Positions 57,724 to 64,000 of a DNA stretch of 64,000 bases are shown piece after piece. This stretch comes from Eledone cirrhosa (taxonomy: Eukaryota): assembly GCA_964016885.1 (NCBI GenBank), contig OZ024752.1, positions 14,694,001 to 14,758,000 of the forward strand, read 5' to 3'. Made by a program: the position numbers and the translations under genes. Position 1 is the stretch's first letter; each line of letters begins with the position of its first letter. The notes beneath the pieces were generated by a model. It worked only from the letters and a program-made list of their open reading frames with translations, made no database searches and was not told the DNA's origin.

Positions 57724-58691
57724 CATTTTGTTTTTTAATAAGTATTTTGATGACATCATCACATGATAATCAAAGACGTAGCATATCACGTAGCATACCA
57801 GTTGCTTATTATATCTTACTAATTGATGTATAATTCATGAGAAATTATCTGAAAATAGTGAATAAATGATTGTATCAAGACCTAAACTAATGAGAGATCG
57901 GGAAGATATATATCGCAATTAGAATAATGTGACTTGCATTATATACATACACTCACATACGTGTGTGTGGGGGTGGGTGGGGATGTATACACATACAGGA
58001 TCTCTATATATTTGGTAATTAGGCAAATACTTTGAAGAGTAGTTTAAGTTTTATTGTTGATAATGCTAATCACAATATCGGGGAATTTACACTTCATAAT
58101 AACTTCCTGAACCAAGAGTATTTGAATGCCTCAGAATAGACAATACAGATTACTTCAATTATAGAGGATACCCTTCTTAAGCCTCCGCGATAAATTCTAT
58201 GCTTAGTGTCTGGCAAGGAAATGTAGAGATATTGTCGAGTCGAAAGTAGTTGAATAGCAGAGAGATTTTCGGCTCAGGCGCCGCACCACCAAGAAAATAG
58301 ATGTAGCACCAAAAATGTATATACTTATTTATTAGAATGCTGTTGAAGTGTGTATACATTATTGAGGACACCCTGCATTGACGTTGCGGCAGATGTTCGC
58401 GAGATCGAGGAATTACTGTTTGTGGGAAGTTATTCAAGAATATGATATCGGTGGACTACTTCCTTATCTGAAGTGTGTGTCCTTTTCCATAAATCGGACT
58501 ATGTCGAAATCATTCAATACATATATAGAGATGTCTTTCATCATATTAAATGTTTGAGAATTTATATTAGAAAGGAAAATAAAAATTAATTGTGGGCTTC
58601 AAGAAATTGGTTATTCCACCTGATTTATATAGTCTATTGATTTACTTGTTGTTGTTGTGTAGTCCTACGTTAAACATTTTAGGTGTTAAGT

Positions 58692-59008
58692 CCCATGGCT
58701 GTCTGGTTAGCATATTCGGTTCTCTATCGTAATAGCGTGAGTTCGATTGCCGGTGGCGCGTTTTGTACTGGAGCAAGACACTTTATTTCATGTTGTCCCA
58801 GTCCACTTAGCTGACAAACATGAGTTGCACCTGTAATTCTAAGGGCCAGCCATGTCACATTCTGTTTCACGTTGAATCTCCCTGAGAACTACGTTAAGGA
58901 TACGCATGTGTGTATAATACTCAGGCATTTGCACGTTAATGTCACGAGCAGGTTGTTCCGTTGATCTGGTCAACTGGAAAACTCGTCGTCGTAACCGACG
59001 GAATGCCC
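58692..59008 (+). mobile_element. Older tRNA-derived SINE (head like S3, different body)
   Basis: TGGCTGTCTGG, GAGTTCGATTGCC, GAGCAAGACACTTTATTTCA. Confidence 0.7.
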
Positions 59009-60015
59009 GTCAGACCTTTAAGAATTAGTTTTATTAATATATTAATCTTTTTCAGACAACATAGAGATCTGATATGTTCTCAAGAACTACGTTTTTAATT
59101 TCATAGGAATCCTTAGAAATACTTTAAACCCACTTTATAAACGCCATTATATGCTTGAATCTTCTATAAATGCAGACCACAAATTGCTATCAATTCCAAG
59201 ACGTAATGAATATAGTTGTTTCTTCACAATTAAAATTAATTCATTTGTTATTTTTCTCTGAAGCAAATAGATTCTGTGTGTCGAATGCGTAAATCTTCAC
59301 TGATTCTGTTACAAGTATTTAAAGAACAGCTTAAAATAACATTTGAGAGCTCTTAGCTAAGCATCGAACTCATCTAATTTAATTCAATTAAATTAAATAT
59401 TATTGATTTTACTTCAATTAATGCATGTGAGCATTTTAGTATTAGAGTAAGATTTTGTTTTCCTCTTGACGATCAACTCGAATTATATCAATCATTCCAA
59501 CTCTTGCATCATCCTTAGATACATAAAAGGAAATATCTATACACATACTCTCTTAACATAACTCTGAAATAATAAATATATCTATCTATTTGGTAGAAAT
59601 ACATATTAATTGTAGCACAGAGTGAGGCAGCGCTTCGTCTTCATATTACGTTACATGTTTCTTTGTTCAGAACTTATAATCTTCAGGCATAAATGTGTCA
59701 TACGTTCTTCCTCTTTATCAAATTTGGAATGAATTCTCAGAAACATTTTACACTCAACTTGAGGTTTATTCTCATAAACATTAGACAAGTTCTTTCAGCT
59801 GTAAGTCTCACGCGCGAACACATTTACAACCACACATACACCATACACCACAGTTAAGAAATAAATAAAACATATTTATGCAATGTTTAAAACATAGAAC
59901 TCAGATCACTAAACACATTTATAGAACAGAGCATAAATATGTATTATTCAATTAATTATGTGACTAAATGTATATACGCCATGCACGTTAGAAACAAAAT
60001 AGTCATGTTAATATA

Positions 60016-60564
60016 CAGGGTGGGGCAGAAAGGTTGCCCCGATTTCAAAGGTTAATAAAAAACAAACATATGATCATCAGAGAAAAAACTTTGTATTTAT
60101 AATAAATACATTACATGCTATCGTTATTTAAATGGTAGATGCGTGTTTTCGTGCGGAACGTCTGGGAGACTGCTGTATTGAAGCTGCAACAGCTGCTACA
60201 TTTTCTGGCCCTGTAGCGGTCCTAGGACGGCGAGGACTTTTCTTTTTCAAAGCCGATGATGTTTGTCAAAAGTTAGAAACCCACAGACGAATTGTTTTTC
60301 CATCCGGTACGGGATCATGACGACGAAGCGCAAAGCGTCTTCGGAAGGAACGCTGCGTCGTTACGACGGACTCACCGTTCTTAAGAAACTCTTCCACAAC
60401 AAATGCACGATGATCTCCACTCCAGGACATGGTGGGGTTCTACCTGAAATAGAAAATTAATGGCATGTAATGTACTTATTATAAATACAAAGTTTTTCTC
60501 TTATGATCATGTGTTTGTTTTTTATTAACATTTGAAATCAGGGAAACCTTTCTGCACCACCCTG
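60016..60564 (-). mobile_element. Internally deleted Tc1/mariner-superfamily DNA transposon
   Basis: ~105 bp TIRs starting CAGGGTGG, TA on both sides. Minus strand from 60430: MSWSGDHRAFVVEEFLKNGESVVTTQRSFRRRF..VPDGKTIRLWVSNF*QTSSALKKKSPRRPRTATGPENV..SPRRSARKHA (DUF4817-like HTH). Confidence 0.9.
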
Positions 60565-60575
60565 TATATAATATT

Positions 60576-61345
60576 GCAATAATGGTTTCTACTTTAGGCA
60601 CAAGGCCAGCAATTACCCAGTGCATTACTGGTACTTTATTTTATCGGCCCCATAAGGATGAAAGGCAAAGTCAACCTCTGCGGGATTTGAACTCGGATCG
60701 TAAAGGGACGTAACTATGCTGGAAAGCATGGCGTCCGACTCTCTACCGATACTGCCAATTGCAATAATTGTTTCAACTTTTGGCACAAGGCCAGTAATTA
60801 TCCCAGTGCATTACTGGTACTTTATTTTATCGACCCCGTAAGGATGAAAGGCAAAGTTAACCTCGGCGGGATTTGAACTCAAATCATAAAGGGGCGTAAC
60901 TCTATACGTGAAAGCATGGCGTCCGACCCTCTACCGATACTGCCAATCGACTGCAATAATGGTTTCTAACTGGCACAAGGCCAGTAATTATCTCAATACA
61001 TTATTGGTACTTTATTTTATCGACCCCGTAAGGATGAAAGGCAAAGTCAACCTCTGCGGGATTTGAACTCGGATCGTAAAGGGACGTAACTATGCTGGAA
61101 AGCATGGCGTCCGAGTCTCTACCGATACTGCCAATTGCAATAATGGTTTCTAACTGGCACAAGGCCAGTAATTATCTCAATACATTACTGGTACTTTATT
61201 TTATCGACTCTGTAAGGATGAAAGGCAAAGTTAACCTCGGCGGGATTTGAACTCAGACCATAAAGGAGCCTAACTCTATGCTGCAAAGCATGGCGTCCGA
61301 CTTTCTATCAATACTGCCAATCCCCCGCAATGTTGCAATAATAAT
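60576..61345 (-). mobile_element. Four tandem S1 SINEs separated by TGCAATAAT
   Basis: Copies at about 60585, 60769, 60961 and 61145. Confidence 0.9.
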
Positions 61346-61720
61346 CCTCCGTGTAATGAATCATCTCCTATCTATTTCTCCATAGACTGGAATAGTTAGA
61401 AGTGTTTTCACTGCATTCATTTCACAGACAACTCTTCTAATGAAAAGAAGAATGAAATTATAAATTTCATTAAATGTACCTTATGAAGGCTCTCTGAGAT
61501 CAGGTTAGAGGACCTTTATTCGCATACATGGAACTGATTTGGGCTTGTTTTCTACAGATGAACGCCCTTCCTAACGCCAACCACATTTACAGTGTGTGCT
61601 GGTTGTTTAATGTTGACACCTCACACGACCACATTACAGTGTGGGATGTATGCCTTTTGTCGTGACAACCACGTGACCATTTACAGGGTGGACTGTAAAT
61701 TATTATTATCATTATTATTA

Positions 61721-62112
61721 TTGGCAGTATCGGTAGAGGGTCGGACGCCATGCTTTGCAGCATAGAGTTACGGGCCTTTATGATCTGCGTTCAAATCCCG
61801 CCGAGGTAAATAATTGTGTCTACTTTAGGCACAATGCCAGCAATTACCCAGTGCATTACTGGTACTTTATTTTATCGACCTCGTAAGGATGAAAGGCAAA
61901 GTCAACCTCGGCGGGATTTGAACTCAGATCGTAAAGGGGGGGTAACTATGCTAGAAAGCATGGCGTCCGCCCTCTACTGATACTGCGAGGTAAATAATGC
62001 CTTTCATCCTTACGGGGTCGATGAAATGAAGTACCAGTCACGCACTGGGGTCGATTTAATCGACTCCCCCTCCCCTAAAATTGCTGGCCTTGTGCGTGCC
62101 TATATAAGAAAC

Positions 62113-62115
<3 letters not shown>
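61721..62115 (+). mobile_element. S1 SINE interrupted by an antisense S1 SINE (61815-61985)
   Basis: 13 bp TSD CGAGGTAAATAAT at 61802-61814 and 61986-61998. Confidence 0.88.
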
Positions 62116-62150
<35 letters not shown>

Positions 62151-63132
62151 GTGGTAGTAGTAGTACATATGACGAAGTTTGTAGTTACTGTTGTCGGTAA
62201 TGTTATATTTGAAAGGTTAAAAATGTCACAGAAATTATTAATTGTAATATTATCAATATAATATTTTCTTAAGAATTATGAATTAATAAAAGTGATACAC
62301 AAAGCATTCAGACCCAATGATTAGAGACTAAAACACACTTAATCCAGTGAATCAATATCTTTTAATTAATTAATGTACTTCTTTCAATATATCAACTGAC
62401 ATACAACTACTTTCATTATTTTATACTTTTGTTACTCTTGTTAATACGGAAGAGATTATTCAATCAAATGTAAAGGTTTCTCGCTAAAAGAGTAAAGAAA
62501 TATATCCCATCAGTGCGAGAGCATGGCATACCTAGTTTTCTTTGAATATTTGTTTCGGCATTTAATTCTTTTTCTGAGTGAAATTTTGAAAATGAAATTC
62601 AATGAACGTCTGTTGTTTCTAGAATATGACACAGCATGGAGATTTAATGCAGGTTAATGTATTAACTCGATAGAATGGATCACGATAATGGCATTTAATT
62701 TCACTGACAATAGTGAAGTTTTACTTTAAACGTTTGACTATACGAAAATACACGGTTATTACAGGGGTCTTTATTACATATTTAAAAATAATTCATTCAA
62801 GATCATGAGTCGGAAAAGAAGAGGGGGAGATAATAGGAACAATAACATTAAAGCTGATAGAATGATAAGGGGCGTATTAAACTATTGGGAACTAATCAAT
62901 TAACAGGTAGAATGTAATCGAATTTTATGGTATCTGCAGCAGATTGCGAGAGCTATAGACTCGGGTAATTGTTTAATATCAAGTATTACAGGTTTACATT
63001 AAGTGTGTGTGTGTGTGTATTCGTGTCTGCCTGTCTGTCGATCGATAATCTCCCTACTTCTATAAATATGAGGACTGTTTGTGCTATTATCCGAGTCTAT
63101 GTAAGTTTCTGTTGAGATTGTGGGATTTACTG

Positions 63133-63306
63133 ATATATGTATATATGTATGATTATGTATATATGTATGATTATGTATATATGTATGATTATGTATATAT
63201 GTATGATTATGTATATATGTATGATTATGTATATATGTATGATTATGTATATATGTATGTATATATGTATGTATGCATATATATATATATATGTATGTAT
63301 ATATAT
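63133..63306. repeat. 18 bp minisatellite grading into TA
   Basis: ATGTATATATGTATGATT x~6. Confidence 0.9.
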
Positions 63307-63915
63307 GTCCAAAGACACCCTCCTCACCAAGAAACCTTGGTGGGGTTGCCAGTTTAGTCGCCAACGACCCGACCATGGGACAGGTTGTACTGGGATACAT
63401 GTTACCAGTAGCACCAACTGGTGACCTGACCAACTGGACATCCTGCAGGACTAAAAACAAAACCTCTCAAAGGGCAAAGGAGCTCTTAAGAGTCAATGGC
63501 CATCCAAAATCACCGGGAGAGATGACCCCTTAGCCTTTGTCAAGGCAGAATTCTAGGAGAAGGAAAACTCTGATATAACACCTGCAACCCTGATGGTATC
63601 CAATGATGTTGAGTTGTTCTTCTTTTTGGTAAATATCATCTTGGTTAAGAGAGTGGGACTGGCTTTGTGCAGTGCCTTTGCTCACTATAAAAGCTTACGG
63701 CACAGGCACTGCTTTATATCTGGAGATCTATCTGCACTTGTCGTTACATGGTACCATGGGCACAGCACTATGTCAATAATTGTCACAAGTGTTTGTACCA
63801 GAGTTTACAAGTCGCTGGCTGGACTAAAAAGTCACACACGTCCAGCGCATCGGTAGGGGTTCTCCTACATGGATAAAACGTAGTGGTCGTACTCGAAAAC
63901 GAGTTGGCAGCCACC
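63307..63915 (+). mobile_element. Unclassified GC-richer insertion in TA, possibly derived from an RTE 5'UTR
   Basis: TA-flanked; contains CTAGGAGAAGGAAAACTCTGA, which I recall from RTE 5' regions. Confidence 0.4.
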
Positions 63916-64000
63916 ATATATGTATAATAACAAAATAAGATGCTGAGGTTACATATATCGTTTAATCATCATAATTATGTTCACAGTTATCCATGTAAAC

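Noticed and set aside
58177-58520. Possible decayed Tc1 transposase on the minus strand
   Set aside because: No TIRs or clear motif run found.
63307-63430. Possible HDV-like ribozyme at the start of the RTE-like insertion
   Set aside because: Only a simple hairpin (CTCACCAAG/CTTGGTGGG); the nested pseudoknot could not be built.

Overview
AT-rich animal DNA, made almost entirely of repeats, with no recognisable host gene. The dominant tRNA-derived SINEs resemble those I know from octopod cephalopods; this taxon call is inference. Contents: kb-long interrupted (TA)n tracts; decayed CR1-like, L1/Tx1-like, RTE-like and CRE-like LINE pieces; three Helitron derivatives; one internally deleted Tc1/mariner element; about 25 SINE copies; and many Penelope-like element (PLE) remnants forming fold-backs, including a 3.2 kb palindrome. 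The main signal not visible in the ORF track is a dense set of type I hammerhead ribozyme motifs read by eye (stem I-CUGANGA-stem II-GAAA-short, often palindromic stem III-NUH-stem I). There are about 18 intact or decayed copies from several unrelated sequence families. They include a non-coding tandem array of ~420-440 bp units with one hammerhead per unit (51.4-52.7 kb) and a 314 bp direct-repeat-bounded hammerhead unit (57.0-57.35 kb). Both look like retrozyme-type or non-autonomous PLE elements that could produce circular RNAs. All long YI/SL-repeat ORFs are microsatellite artefacts.
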